In this document: piece after piece, positions 33,959 to 44,064 of the stretch
How positions within the stretch are numbered: position 1 is the stretch's first letter
How the letters are laid out: every line of letters begins with the position of its first letter
DNA from: Opitutaceae bacterium
GTDB lineage: Bacteria; Verrucomicrobiota; Verrucomicrobiia; Opitutales; Opitutaceae
Direction: 5' to 3'
Assembly: GCA_016793535.1 (NCBI GenBank)
Contig: JAEUHA010000411.1
Coordinates: forward strand, 1 to 56,370
Length of the DNA: 56,370 nucleotides
The notes under the pieces: model-generated
Databases searched by the model: none
The model's input: the letters and a program-made list of their open reading frames with translations, nothing else
Told to the model about the DNA's origin: nothing
Program-made: the position numbers and the translations under genes

Positions 33959-34789
33959 CTACCGCCTCAGGTTGTCGCACACGATCGCGGCGGCGACCGC
34001 GGCGTTCAGCGACTCGGCCCGGCCGTAGCGCGGAACGGTAATGCGACGGCTGATACAGCCGGCGACGGCGGGGGAGAGCCCGCGACCCTCGCTGCCGATC
34101 ACGATCACGGCGTCGCGCAGGCCGGCAAGCGAGTGCACGCGGTCGCCCTCGAGATCGCAGCCGAGGATCGGCGGCGCGGGCGCGAGCTCGGCCGCCGCGG
34201 CGAGCACCTCGGGCAGGTCGACCGCGTGCACGCGCACGCGCGCGAACGAACCCATGCTGGCGTTGATCACCTTCTGGTGGAAAAGATCCGCGCAGTCGGG
34301 CGAAAGCAGGACGCGCTCGCAGGCAAACCAGTCGGCGATGCGCAGGAGCGTGCCGACGTTGCCCGCATCCTGGACGCCGTCGAGGGCCAGCGTCAGACCC
34401 TGCCCCAGTTCGGCGGTCGCCAGGGGCCGCCGCTGGATCCGCCCGACCGCCAGCACCCGGGACGGCGTGGGGAAATGACTCGCGCGCTCCATTTCAGCCG
34501 GCGTGACGACGGTGACGCGCGGCGGCGCGACCGGCTCATGTAGGCGGGGTACCCTCACCCCGCGGAATTCCGAATCTCTCTCCACTTTGCTGCGGGGTGA
34601 GGGCACCCCGCCTACAGCCGGATTTTGATCGAGCCAGTCGGCGGTGGCATAGAGTTCGACGAACGGGAAATCCGCCGCGAGCAGCTCACCCACGACCTTT
34701 TCGCCTTCGATCACGAACAGGCCGAGCGCTTCGCGGTGCTTTTTTTCCCGCAACGACTTCAGGCGCTGGAGCTCGGCTTTGGTCAGCAC
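33959..34789 (-). CDS. TrmH/SpoU-family RNA methyltransferase carrying an in-frame palindromic insertion
   Basis: LDGVQDAGNVGTLLR, VIGSEGRGL and ESLNAAVA SPOUT motifs. Confidence 0.92.
   Translation of the reverse strand: MLTKAELQRLKSLREKKHREALGLFVIEGEKVVGELLAADFPFVELYATADWLDQNPAVGGVPSPRSKVERDSEFRGVRVPRLHEPVAPPRVTVVTPAEMERASHFPTPSRVLAVGRIQRRPLATAELGQGLTLALDGVQDAGNVGTLLRIADWFACERVLLSPDCADLFHQKVINASMGSFARVRVHAVDLPEVLAAAAELAPAPPILGCDLEGDRVHSLAGLRDAVIVIGSEGRGLSPAVAGCISRRITVPRYGRAESLNAAVAAAIVCDNLRR
34539..34616. repeat. REPIN (inverted pair of GTAG-type REPs) inside the trmH ORF
   Basis: Left arm TGTAGGCGGGGTACCCTCACCCCGC and right arm GCGGGGTGAGGGCACCCCGCCTACA are 24/25 complementary. Total length 78 bp = 26 codons. 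Confidence 0.85.
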
Positions 34790-34807
34790 GGGGCCAGCCC
34801 GCCACGG

Positions 34808-36499
34808 CTACTGGCGGTTGGCAAGCAGCGGTTCGCCGCGGCTGTACGGGCGGAAGCGGTGATCGGTCATGATGTATTCCGCCTCTTCGCCCCGCTTGAT
34901 CAGGATTCCAATCTGCAATTCCTCGGGCGGGAGGCGGGACCGGTCCACGGCAAAACGAAAGCCGCTGTCGCGCCACCCCGGCTGACCGTGGGCGGCGACG
35001 ACATCGGGCCGCGTCTTGGGCACCGTATTGAAAATGAGATCCGTCGTGGGAGAACGCAGCACCAGATAGATATCGCCGGGGTGCGAGATCTCGTCGGGGA
35101 TAACCGCCCAGCCGGAAATGTAAGTGCCGGGGGTCTGGGCGTACACCTCGTCGATATGGTATGCGATCCGCCCACTCGGCTTCGCCCCGGGAAGATCGAC
35201 ACGCTCACACATCCGCGGCAGGGCATAGAGCCCGCGCCGGGCGGTCTCCCGGAGGAGTTTTTCCGCCCGCGCTGGCACCGGATAAAGCCGGAACTGGCTG
35301 TTGCCCATCTGACGGTACTGTTTGTAACGGAGGGCCGCCTCATCGCGACCCTCGACGAACGATTCGACCGCCGGCGCGAAACGAACATTGGAGACGACGT
35401 TGAACGCCGCCAGGATCGGAACACACGCGATCACCACCCGCCACGGCCGCAACGGGTGCGTCATGTATTCCATCAGCGCGAACGTCAGGGCGGCCCACGC
35501 AAGCGCGGATAGGACCATGTACCGGGACTGAAGCTGACCGCCCGCAACCTCCGCCCGGCCGATCGCAATCAAACCCAACGCCCCCACACAGAACAGGGCG
35601 ACGGGCAGCATCACCGGCTCCAGGTGCCAGCCCCGGCGCAACCCAAGCCAGACCATTCCGATCAGGAGCAACACGCCCGCATACGGAGCCAGCGCGCCAT
35701 GGCCAAACGCGAGCGGGGCACCCAGCAGCGCGAGCCAGTAAACGATGACGTGGCTGATGCCGGCGTCGTGGGCGATCTGATGGCCGGAGTTGATCGCAAA
35801 GCCTTGGAAGTACGCGAGCGCGGTGAGGGCCGCCAGCACGAGCCAGATCCACAGGCCCCGCCGTTCCCGATCCCGCCACAGCATGAACGCCCCGACCGGC
35901 CAGATCACCAGCCCCTGCGCCAGGGTAAACGTCGCCAGCACCGCCAATACCGCGGCGACGCCAAACCCCAGCCGGGAGGCCCGGGACAGGCCGACAATCG
36001 CCCCGACCGCCAGCGCCACGACCTGGAAATGATCGATCGATGCGCCGGACCAGAGGAAATTCTCGTAATGCTGCAGATGGAACATGAATGCGCCCAGGAC
36101 GACACCCAAGCGCACGCGGCGCTCGATCCGACCGGCCGAAACCACGAGCGTCACGCACAGGGCGACGAGAAAGAGGTTTCCCACGAAACCGATGACCTCG
36201 AAATCGACCGTGCCGGTGGTCCACCAGCTCAGCGCAAACAGCAGCCGACTCGTGATCATCCGGTGTTCATTGTTGATCGCGAAGATCCGCTCGAAGAACC
36301 CCCGGAAATCGACCCCCGTGTCGAGCGCCAGCAGGAGGTCCAAAGCCGTGTCGAACTCGTCCCAATACACGATGTTCCGGGCCGATCCCGCCACCGTCCA
36401 AGCCACGAACGCGACCGGCACCAAGGCGAAGGCCGTCAGGCAGATCGCGGCCCAACGGCCGCGGACGTGGCGAAGAAAGTCAGGGGATACTCCCGTCAT
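34808..36499 (-). CDS. Polytopic membrane protein, possibly a GT-C-fold glycosyltransferase, with a C-terminal soluble domain
   Basis: About 11-12 TM segments, first loop with YWDEFD and NNEHR, a later QSRY motif, and a C-terminal beta-rich domain (ISGWA...RPDV...GF). Start is probably the ATG at 36499. Confidence 0.55.
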   Translation of the reverse strand: MTGVSPDFLRHVRGRWAAICLTAFALVPVAFVAWTVAGSARNIVYWDEFDTALDLLLALDTGVDFRGFFERIFAINNEHRMITSRLLFALSWWTTGTVDFEVIGFVGNLFLVALCVTLVVSAGRIERRVRLGVVLGAFMFHLQHYENFLWSGASIDHFQVVALAVGAIVGLSRASRLGFGVAAVLAVLATFTLAQGLVIWPVGAFMLWRDRERRGLWIWLVLAALTALAYFQGFAINSGHQIAHDAGISHVIVYWLALLGAPLAFGHGALAPYAGVLLLIGMVWLGLRRGWHLEPVMLPVALFCVGALGLIAIGRAEVAGGQLQSRYMVLSALAWAALTFALMEYMTHPLRPWRVVIACVPILAAFNVVSNVRFAPAVESFVEGRDEAALRYKQYRQMGNSQFRLYPVPARAEKLLRETARRGLYALPRMCERVDLPGAKPSGRIAYHIDEVYAQTPGTYISGWAVIPDEISHPGDIYLVLRSPTTDLIFNTVPKTRPDVVAAHGQPGWRDSGFRFAVDRSRLPPEELQIGILIKRGEEAEYIMTDHRFRPYSRGEPLLANRQ

Positions 36500-36569
36500 C
36501 CGGGGGCGAGAAGTTAAAATTGGAGAAGGCCTGAGGTTGTACCCCCAGAGGATGGCGCAATCCTGCTCA

Positions 36570-36587
36570 CCTGACAAATCTGTCAGG
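36570..36587. promoter_or_regulatory. Palindromic candidate operator
   Basis: CCTGACA-AATC-TGTCAGG, a perfect 7-bp inverted repeat about 70 bp upstream of the membrane-protein start. Confidence 0.35.
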
Positions 36588-36742
36588 GTAACAGGATGGT
36601 CTGAGACAGGACGCATAAGCGGCCTGAAAGTTTTTTTGGAGCCGCACCGTGCCCACGAGCAGGTTCCGGACTCGGTCTCTCCGGTGGGGCGGCCGCTTAG
36701 GAACAAGCCGGCTCCACCCAGCTGCAGTGTCCCGTCGTCGTC

Positions 36743-39700
36743 CTACTCCGCGCGACTAGCCCGGCCGACGCCGGCGGCTGCGCCACCCGGGACGGTCGGA
36801 GCCGGTCCGTCGCCGGCGCGGAGGCGGAACGCGGAACCGAAAACCCGGGCCGTGTGCTCCCGCAAGTCATCGAGCAGGGTGTAAAAGAGGGGCACGACAA
36901 CCAGCGTGAGCACCATCGCCACGATCAGTCCGCCGATCATGGTCCGGCCGAGCGGCGCGTAGGACATGCCGACGATCTTGGAATTGCCGACGGCCATCGG
37001 GATCAGGCCGGTGACGGTGCACATCGTCGTCATGAGGATCGGACGCAGCCGATACCGGCCGGCCTCCATCAAGGCGTCCAGGCGCGCCCGGCCCTGCGCA
37101 CGCAGCCGGTTGGCCATGTCGATCAGGACGATCGCGTTGTTCACCACCACGCCGACCAGGATCACGACTCCGATGCGGGCCATCATGTCGAGGCCGGTGT
37201 TCGTGAGGTAGAGAGTCCAGTATACGCCCAGACCGGCGAACGGCACCGCGATGATGACGGCGAAAGGCAGGACGAACGACTCGAACAGCACGCCCATCAG
37301 GAGGAACACGAAGACGATGGCGAGGATCAGCGGGAACATCATCTCGCGGTCCTCATTGCTGTTGTACCAGCTGCCCTTGTCCCAGCGGTAGCCGCGCGGC
37401 ATCTCGAAACCCTCCATCGCCTTGTCGATGGCGGCGAAGAGGGTGCGGGAATCCTGGCGGGGGGCGCGTGCCGTGACGCGCACGATGGTCTGGCGGGCCT
37501 CGCGCTGGATCTGGCCGAGTGACTTGGCCACATTCATGGCCGCCAGGGATTCGAGGGGCACGTCGATGCCGTTGTCGGTGCGAAACGTCATCGTGCGCAC
37601 GTCGTCGAGCCCCGTGCGATCGGCATCCGCCAGTTGCGCGAAGATCCGGAGTTCGCGACCCTCGGGGTTGTTGAACCGGCCGACTTCGACGCCGCGGATG
37701 GTGTTGCTGATGGAACTGGAAACCGACTGCGGGTTCACGCCCATCATGCGGGCGCGGTCGCGATCCAGCACGAGCTGCAGCTCCTGTCCGCCGCGCTCCG
37801 AATCGGTGTCGACGGAGAGCAGCCCGGGGATGTTGCGCAGCCGGCGAACCGCCTCCTCGGCGAAGCCGAGCAGCGTCGTGGTGTCCTCGCCATAGAGTGC
37901 GATCGAGATCGCGGAATCCTGGGGCGCGCCGCCGGAACCGCGCTGCAGCGAACGGGCGTTGATGCCGGCCGGGATCTCGAACTTCTCCTTGATGTCGCGC
38001 TCGATCGCATGCCGGTCCATCGGCGGCGTGTGCCAGCCCATCCAGATCAGGAACGACTCCCACGCGGCCGCGTACCATTGGGTGTTGGGGTCTTCCTTGA
38101 ACTTGAGCTGCAGCCGGCCGTAGCTGTTGCGGAAACGGGTTTCGATGCGCTCGAGGTTGTAGCGCTCCCGCTGGGACTCGAGGAACACCTCGAACTTCCC
38201 GAAAAACGCATCGGCCTGCTCGAGCGTGTATCCGCTCGGCAGCTCGAAGTGCAGCTGCATCGAGCTGGCGCTGTCGTAGCTGCGACCCAGGCCACCTCCC
38301 GCGCTGCGCGGCATGTTGTTGTAAGGATGATAGACCGACGCCATCGCCGCCAGCACCAGCATCACGGCCTCGATCCGGTGCGACAGCACCCAGCGCAGCA
38401 CGCGCAGGTAGTGGTCGCGCAGCCACACGATGACGCGCAGCTCCCGGTGGTGCTGCCCGCGCGAGAGCCGCTGGGCCGCGAGCGGCACGAACACGAGGGC
38501 GATGAACAGCGACGCCACAAGCGAGGCGATGACCGGGACGCCGATGCGCAGCATCCAGAACGCCATATCCCCCGCGCCCCCCATCAGCATCAGCGGGAGA
38601 AACACCACGATGTTGGTGCAGGTCGACATCACGACCGCGAGCCCGACTTCACCGGCGCCGCCGATGGAGGCGGCGGTCGCCTCGACCCCTTCCTGCCGGT
38701 GGCGGTAGATATTTTCGACGATGACGATCGCGTTGTCCACGACCATGCCCACCGCCAGCAGCAGGCCCATCATCGTCGCCATGTTCAGCGACCACCCCAT
38801 GAAGAACAGCACGACCAGCGTGCACAGCAGCGACAGCGGGATGGACATCGTCAGGATGGCCGTCATGCGCGGCGCGCGCAGGAAGATGTAGATGATCAGC
38901 GCCGCGAAGAGTCCGCCCCAGTAGCCGGCCTCCTCGAGCGTGCTGATGGATTTCTTCACCTCCTGGCCCTGGTCGTAGAACACCTCGAAGCGAACGCCCG
39001 CGAGCTGCGGCATCTCCGCCAGCTTCAGGAGCGTGGCGCGGACTTCCCGGCTGATCCGTTCGATGTTGCCGGTCGAGTCGCGCGTGACCTGCAGGCCCAC
39101 CGACGGCTGGCGGTCCACCCGGTAGACCCAGTCGCGTCGCGGCATCCGAAACGACACATGTGCGATGTCGCTCACCCGCAGGCGCTGCACCGGGTCGATG
39201 ATGATCGAGCCGATCTCCTCGACGCCCGTGAAACGCCCCATCGAACGCACGTAGATCTTCTTGCCCGACTCGTAAACGTAACCGCCGGAGAGGGCGACGT
39301 TCTGGTTGCGCAGCGACGCCACCATCTGCGGCACGTCGATGCGATGGCTGCGCAGGCGTTCGTCGAGCAGCTCGATCTGCACCTCGCGCCCCTGGATGCC
39401 CCAGATGTCGACGTTGCCCACTCCCTCGATCCGCTGCAGGGCGGGTTTGACGAAATGCTCCAGCCGGTACGCGGCGTCCTCCATGTCGGGGGGCAGGCGC
39501 GCGACCAGGTTCATCATCGGCTGGTCGTTCTGGTCGTAGCGCCGGACCCAGATGCGATCGACATCGTCCGGCAGCGTCGGCTTCACCCGATCCATCCGGT
39601 CGCTGAGCGCCGCATACGCGGTGCGAAGATTCGTGCCGGTCTGGAATTCCACCCGCACGTAGCCGTAGCCGACACTCGAGTAACTCGTGACCCGCTTCAC

Positions 39701-39952
39701 ATCCGGCACCGTGCCGATGATGTCCTCGATCTTCCGCGTGATCTTCTCCTCGATGTCGCGCGGCGACGCATTCTGATACTGCACGCTGATGTGCAGCGAC
39801 GTGCCCTCGTAGCCCTCCGGGTACAATGCGATCGGGATCCGCGTGTAGGCGATGTAGCCCACGACCAGCATCGTGAGCAGGATCATCACCACCGTCACCG
39901 GCCGGTGGACGGAGAAACGGGGGATCGCGGTGGTGAGCGGTTCGCGCTTCAT
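36743..39952 (-). CDS. RND efflux permease subunit (AcrB/AcrD/AcrF family)
   Basis: RFSVHRPV, GMVVDNAIVIVENI, GVVVNNAIVLID and RLRPILMT. Confidence 0.93.
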   Translation of the reverse strand: MKREPLTTAIPRFSVHRPVTVVMILLTMLVVGYIAYTRIPIALYPEGYEGTSLHISVQYQNASPRDIEEKITRKIEDIIGTVPDVKRVTSYSSVGYGYVRVEFQTGTNLRTAYAALSDRMDRVKPTLPDDVDRIWVRRYDQNDQPMMNLVARLPPDMEDAAYRLEHFVKPALQRIEGVGNVDIWGIQGREVQIELLDERLRSHRIDVPQMVASLRNQNVALSGGYVYESGKKIYVRSMGRFTGVEEIGSIIIDPVQRLRVSDIAHVSFRMPRRDWVYRVDRQPSVGLQVTRDSTGNIERISREVRATLLKLAEMPQLAGVRFEVFYDQGQEVKKSISTLEEAGYWGGLFAALIIYIFLRAPRMTAILTMSIPLSLLCTLVVLFFMGWSLNMATMMGLLLAVGMVVDNAIVIVENIYRHRQEGVEATAASIGGAGEVGLAVVMSTCTNIVVFLPLMLMGGAGDMAFWMLRIGVPVIASLVASLFIALVFVPLAAQRLSRGQHHRELRVIVWLRDHYLRVLRWVLSHRIEAVMLVLAAMASVYHPYNNMPRSAGGGLGRSYDSASSMQLHFELPSGYTLEQADAFFGKFEVFLESQRERYNLERIETRFRNSYGRLQLKFKEDPNTQWYAAAWESFLIWMGWHTPPMDRHAIERDIKEKFEIPAGINARSLQRGSGGAPQDSAISIALYGEDTTTLLGFAEEAVRRLRNIPGLLSVDTDSERGGQELQLVLDRDRARMMGVNPQSVSSSISNTIRGVEVGRFNNPEGRELRIFAQLADADRTGLDDVRTMTFRTDNGIDVPLESLAAMNVAKSLGQIQREARQTIVRVTARAPRQDSRTLFAAIDKAMEGFEMPRGYRWDKGSWYNSNEDREMMFPLILAIVFVFLLMGVLFESFVLPFAVIIAVPFAGLGVYWTLYLTNTGLDMMARIGVVILVGVVVNNAIVLIDMANRLRAQGRARLDALMEAGRYRLRPILMTTMCTVTGLIPMAVGNSKIVGMSYAPLGRTMIGGLIVAMVLTLVVVPLFYTLLDDLREHTARVFGSAFRLRAGDGPAPTVPGGAAAGVGRASRAE

Positions 39953-39963
39953 TTCGCGTCAGC

Positions 39964-42900
39964 CTATTTCCCCAGCGGCTCCGGTTCCGGCTGCCCTTCG
40001 CCGGCGGATTGATCCGCCCCGGGTTCGACCATCGGGCGATTCGACGTGAACTGGAAATAGAGCGTCGGGATCACGACCAGCGTGAGCACGGTCGCAGCCG
40101 AGAGGCCCACGATGACCGTGATCGCCATCGGCGTGCGGATTTCCGCGCCCTCGCCAATGCCGAGCGCCATCGGGATCAGGCCCACGACCGTCGTCAGCGC
40201 CGTCATGAGGATCGGCCGCAGCCGCGCCCGGCCGGCCTCGACGATCGCCTCGGTCTTGTCCAGTCCCCGGCGGCGGAGCGTGTTGATGTAGTCGATGAGG
40301 ACGATCGCGTTGTTCACGACGATGCCCACGAGGATGATGAGTCCGAGAAACACCATGATCGTGACCGGAATCCGTGCGAGCCACAGCACCCACACCACCC
40401 CGATCATCGCCAGCGGCACCGTCATCATGATGAGGAACGGCTGCACCAGCGATTCGAACTGGCTCGCCATGACGATGTAGACGAGGAACACCGCGAGCGC
40501 GAAGGCGAGCAGCAGGCTGTTCAGCGACGTCTTCATCTCCTTGTTCTGGCCCGCGAGATTGTACGAGAAACCGGCCGGAAACGCGATGCTCTCCATCGCC
40601 AGCACGATGTCGCTCGACACCGTGGCGAGGTCGGCGCCGCGAATGTTCGCCGTGATCAGCGCGGTGCGCTGCTGGTCAACCCGGCGGATCTGGCTCGGGC
40701 CTTCGTTCACCGTGAGCTCGGCCACGGCCGAGAGCGGGATCGGGACGGCGCCGCCCGGATTGACGATCAGCCGGCGCAGCTCCTCGAGGCCCACGCGGTC
40801 CTCCTCCCGCAGGCGGACCACGATGTCGATCAACTGGTCCTCCTGGCGAAACTGCGTGGCCGCGCGCCCCTGGACCTTGTTGCGCACGATCTCGGCGACG
40901 TTGCGGAGATTGAGTCCGTACTCGGCCAGCCGGTCGCGGTTGTAGATGACCTGGATCTCCGGGTGACCGCTTTGGAGGCTCGAACGGATGTCGACGAGTC
41001 CGGGCACCGACGTGGCCAGCACCTGCTCGGCCTCACGACTGAGCCGCTTGAGGGTGGCCAGTTCGTGTCCGCGCACCTCCACCTCGATCGGACTCTTGAA
41101 GCTGAACAACGCCGGATAGGAAACCTCGAGCTTCACCTCGGGCACGTTGCGAAACTCCTCGCGGATCCGGTCGATGAGCGCGGTCTCGGCCTCGGTCGGC
41201 AGGCCGCTCTTCATTTTCACCGTCAGACGCGCGGTGTGTTCGCCGGCATCGATCGACGTCGTCGCGCTTTCCTCGGCTCCGACGGTGATCGCCGTCCGCT
41301 CCACCTCTTCCTGGCTCCGCACCATCTCGTCGATCCGCGCCGCCACGTCACCTGTCCGCTCGAGCGGCGTGCCGATGGGCAACGTCAGGTCGAGGTTGAA
41401 TTCACCCTGATGAACCTGCGGAATCAAATCGCTGCCGAGCCGCGGGACAATGAGCACAACGCTGAGCACCAGCGCCGCGAGTGAACCGCCCAGGATCGCG
41501 AACCGGTGCCGCAGCGTCCGGGCCAGCACGAGCGGGTAGAGGCGCTGCAGCGCATCGTTGCCGCGTTCGAAACCGAGGAGCGCCACTCCCACGATCGGCG
41601 CGAGCACCAGGCCCAGCGCCCGCACCGTGCCGATGCATCCCTGCACGAGCACGAGCGTGAGGGTCTGCAGCAATGAACCGCCGAACCGCAGCGCCGCCTC
41701 GACCGCACCCCGGGCGGCGACGAACAGGTACGCGGTCACGCCAGGGACGAAGATCAGGACCAGCTTCCACCAGGGTTGCACGACGAACCAGTACCAGACC
41801 GAAAGGTGCAGCGGCTTCGACGGTACCGGTGCCCCCGGATACGGCGGGAACGACGGCGGCGGCACCACGACCCCGCGCCGCAGGAGGAACACGACGCCGA
41901 TCGCGATCGCCGGCACGACCAGCAGGAGGAGCCACCGCCACGCGCGGCGTCCGAACCACGCCGTCAGCCGCGCCACGCTGATCTCCACGCGCGGCACCGC
42001 CGTGAACGCCAGCATGCCCGGCCACACCCGGTGACTGCCCAGCGGACCGAACGAGTCCGCCGCAAGCCAGCGCGCCGCGGGCGCCAGCAGCGCGCGCAGC
42101 TTCGGCACGAGCGCCAGCCCGAAAGCCACGGGCAGCAGCACCGCGGTGACGACAAGCTTGAACGCGGCCGCCACGATGAGCAGGGCGCCCCAGCCCACGC
42201 GTTGCAGCGCAAGGCCGGCGGTCCGCACGGCCAGGACAACCCGGCTGCGACCCGGCCCGAGCGCCGGGAACTGAAGGATGTCGCTGCCCCGGAGCTGGGC
42301 CATCACGCCGCCGGACTGCACGACTTCGCCCGCCTGGGCCGTCGCGACCGCGGCCTTCGAGGCAAGCATCGGAATCAGGTACAGGGCGGCGATGAGGGAC
42401 GCGATTTGCGAGAACACCACCGCGAGCGCCATGTCGCCGAACACCTGACCGGCGACGCCCTCGACGAACACGATGGGGAAGAACACCGCCACCGTCGTGA
42501 GCGTGGAGGCGACAACCGGCATCGCGACCTCGCTCGTGCCGCGCACGACCGCGGTCACCGGGTCGTCCCCTTCCTCGCGACAGCGGAAAATGCTCTCGAG
42601 CACGACAATCGCGTTGTCGACGAGATTGCCCACCCCGAGCGCCAGGCCGCCGAGCGAGATGATGTTCAGCGAGACGCCCGACATGTACATCGGGGCGAAC
42701 GTGGCGAGGATCGAGATCGGGATGCAGAGACTCACGATCAACGTCTGCGTCACATTCCGGAGAAACAGGTACAGCACCACGATCGCGATCAGGCCGCCGA
42801 AAATCGCGTTCTCCTTCACCTCGCGGATCGAGTTGTCGATGAAGACCGACTGGTCGGACAACAGCTGGATCGTCGTGCCCGGGGGCAACTGGAAGGCGAG

Positions 42901-44037
42901 GAAGTCAGTTTGCTGCCGGTGGTTGATCAGCGCCTGGGCGGAACTGCGCTGCGCCTCCATCTGCGCGCGGCTGATATCGGAAGGCGCTCCCTTTTTCTTG
43001 GAAACGCGCTCGCCCTTCGACCCCTTGGCCGGCGCCGTCGCCTTCTTGGGCACGGCATCCGGTCGCTTCAGACTTTCCACGTATTCCTTCTGCTCCGGCG
43101 TGCCGAAGATCGCCTCCTTCACCGCCGCGGCGACGACCAGGACGTTGGCGTCGGCCTCCTTGTAGATCTCGATTTCGACGCTCTCGTGGCCGTTCACCCG
43201 CGTGATGACCTGCCGGTCCTCATGGTAGCGTGTGACCGTGCCGATGTCGCGGAGCCGGATGTCGATGCCGTTCTGCCGCGCGACGATCAGGCTTCCGATT
43301 TCCTCCATGCTCCGGAACTCGTTCAGCGTGCGAATGAGGTACTCCGTCTGCCCCTCGCGCAGGTTGCCGCCCGACATGTTCACGTTGCCCTGCTGGAGGC
43401 GCGAACTGATCTGGTTGATGTCGAGTTTGAGGGTGGCGAGCTTGCTCTCGTCGAGCGCCACGAGGAACTGCTCCTCGAGTCCACCCTTGATCTGGACCGC
43501 CGCGACCCCGGAGATCGTTTCGAGCCGCCGCTTGACGTCATTGTCCGCCAGATACCGCAGCTCATACAGCGACTGCGGTCCGGCGAGCCCGAGCCGCAAG
43601 ATGGGGTCGAGCGAAGGATCGAAGTGCAGCAGCAGCGGCCGCTGCGCGCCCTCGGGCAGCCGGATGCGGTCGATCTTCTCCCGCACCTCCTGCGCCACGA
43701 GGTCCATGTCGGTCTTCCACTGGAACTCCAGCATGACGTCCGACTGCGAGGCCTTGGAGACCGAGCTGATGGCCACGAGCTTCGGGATGATGCCGAGCTG
43801 CTGCTCGAGCGGCCGGGACACCACGTTCTCCATTTCCTCGGGCGCGGTGCCCGGATACGTGGTGCGCACCGTAAGGGTCGGGTAGCTCATGTCCGGCATG
43901 AGCGTCAGCGCGAGGCGCTGATAGGAGACCCAGCCGAACACGCCGACGGCGAAGGTCACCATCAGGATCGCGACGGGGCGGCGGACGACGAGCGAGTAGT
44001 GCGAGTCGTCGATGCGAAAGACCGGGCGTTTGCTCAT
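39964..44037 (-). CDS. RND efflux permease subunit, enlarged (1357 aa) by two insertions
   Basis: VRRPVA, GNLVDNAIVVLESI, GIVVNNAIVLID and RLRPILMTALTT, with extra segments in the porter domain and between TM6 and TM7. Confidence 0.92.
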   Translation of the reverse strand: MSKRPVFRIDDSHYSLVVRRPVAILMVTFAVGVFGWVSYQRLALTLMPDMSYPTLTVRTTYPGTAPEEMENVVSRPLEQQLGIIPKLVAISSVSKASQSDVMLEFQWKTDMDLVAQEVREKIDRIRLPEGAQRPLLLHFDPSLDPILRLGLAGPQSLYELRYLADNDVKRRLETISGVAAVQIKGGLEEQFLVALDESKLATLKLDINQISSRLQQGNVNMSGGNLREGQTEYLIRTLNEFRSMEEIGSLIVARQNGIDIRLRDIGTVTRYHEDRQVITRVNGHESVEIEIYKEADANVLVVAAAVKEAIFGTPEQKEYVESLKRPDAVPKKATAPAKGSKGERVSKKKGAPSDISRAQMEAQRSSAQALINHRQQTDFLAFQLPPGTTIQLLSDQSVFIDNSIREVKENAIFGGLIAIVVLYLFLRNVTQTLIVSLCIPISILATFAPMYMSGVSLNIISLGGLALGVGNLVDNAIVVLESIFRCREEGDDPVTAVVRGTSEVAMPVVASTLTTVAVFFPIVFVEGVAGQVFGDMALAVVFSQIASLIAALYLIPMLASKAAVATAQAGEVVQSGGVMAQLRGSDILQFPALGPGRSRVVLAVRTAGLALQRVGWGALLIVAAAFKLVVTAVLLPVAFGLALVPKLRALLAPAARWLAADSFGPLGSHRVWPGMLAFTAVPRVEISVARLTAWFGRRAWRWLLLLVVPAIAIGVVFLLRRGVVVPPPSFPPYPGAPVPSKPLHLSVWYWFVVQPWWKLVLIFVPGVTAYLFVAARGAVEAALRFGGSLLQTLTLVLVQGCIGTVRALGLVLAPIVGVALLGFERGNDALQRLYPLVLARTLRHRFAILGGSLAALVLSVVLIVPRLGSDLIPQVHQGEFNLDLTLPIGTPLERTGDVAARIDEMVRSQEEVERTAITVGAEESATTSIDAGEHTARLTVKMKSGLPTEAETALIDRIREEFRNVPEVKLEVSYPALFSFKSPIEVEVRGHELATLKRLSREAEQVLATSVPGLVDIRSSLQSGHPEIQVIYNRDRLAEYGLNLRNVAEIVRNKVQGRAATQFRQEDQLIDIVVRLREEDRVGLEELRRLIVNPGGAVPIPLSAVAELTVNEGPSQIRRVDQQRTALITANIRGADLATVSSDIVLAMESIAFPAGFSYNLAGQNKEMKTSLNSLLLAFALAVFLVYIVMASQFESLVQPFLIMMTVPLAMIGVVWVLWLARIPVTIMVFLGLIILVGIVVNNAIVLIDYINTLRRRGLDKTEAIVEAGRARLRPILMTALTTVVGLIPMALGIGEGAEIRTPMAITVIVGLSAATVLTLVVIPTLYFQFTSNRPMVEPGADQSAGEGQPEPEPLGK

Positions 44038-44064
44038 GCGGCTGGCCGTGACGGACGGACCGAC

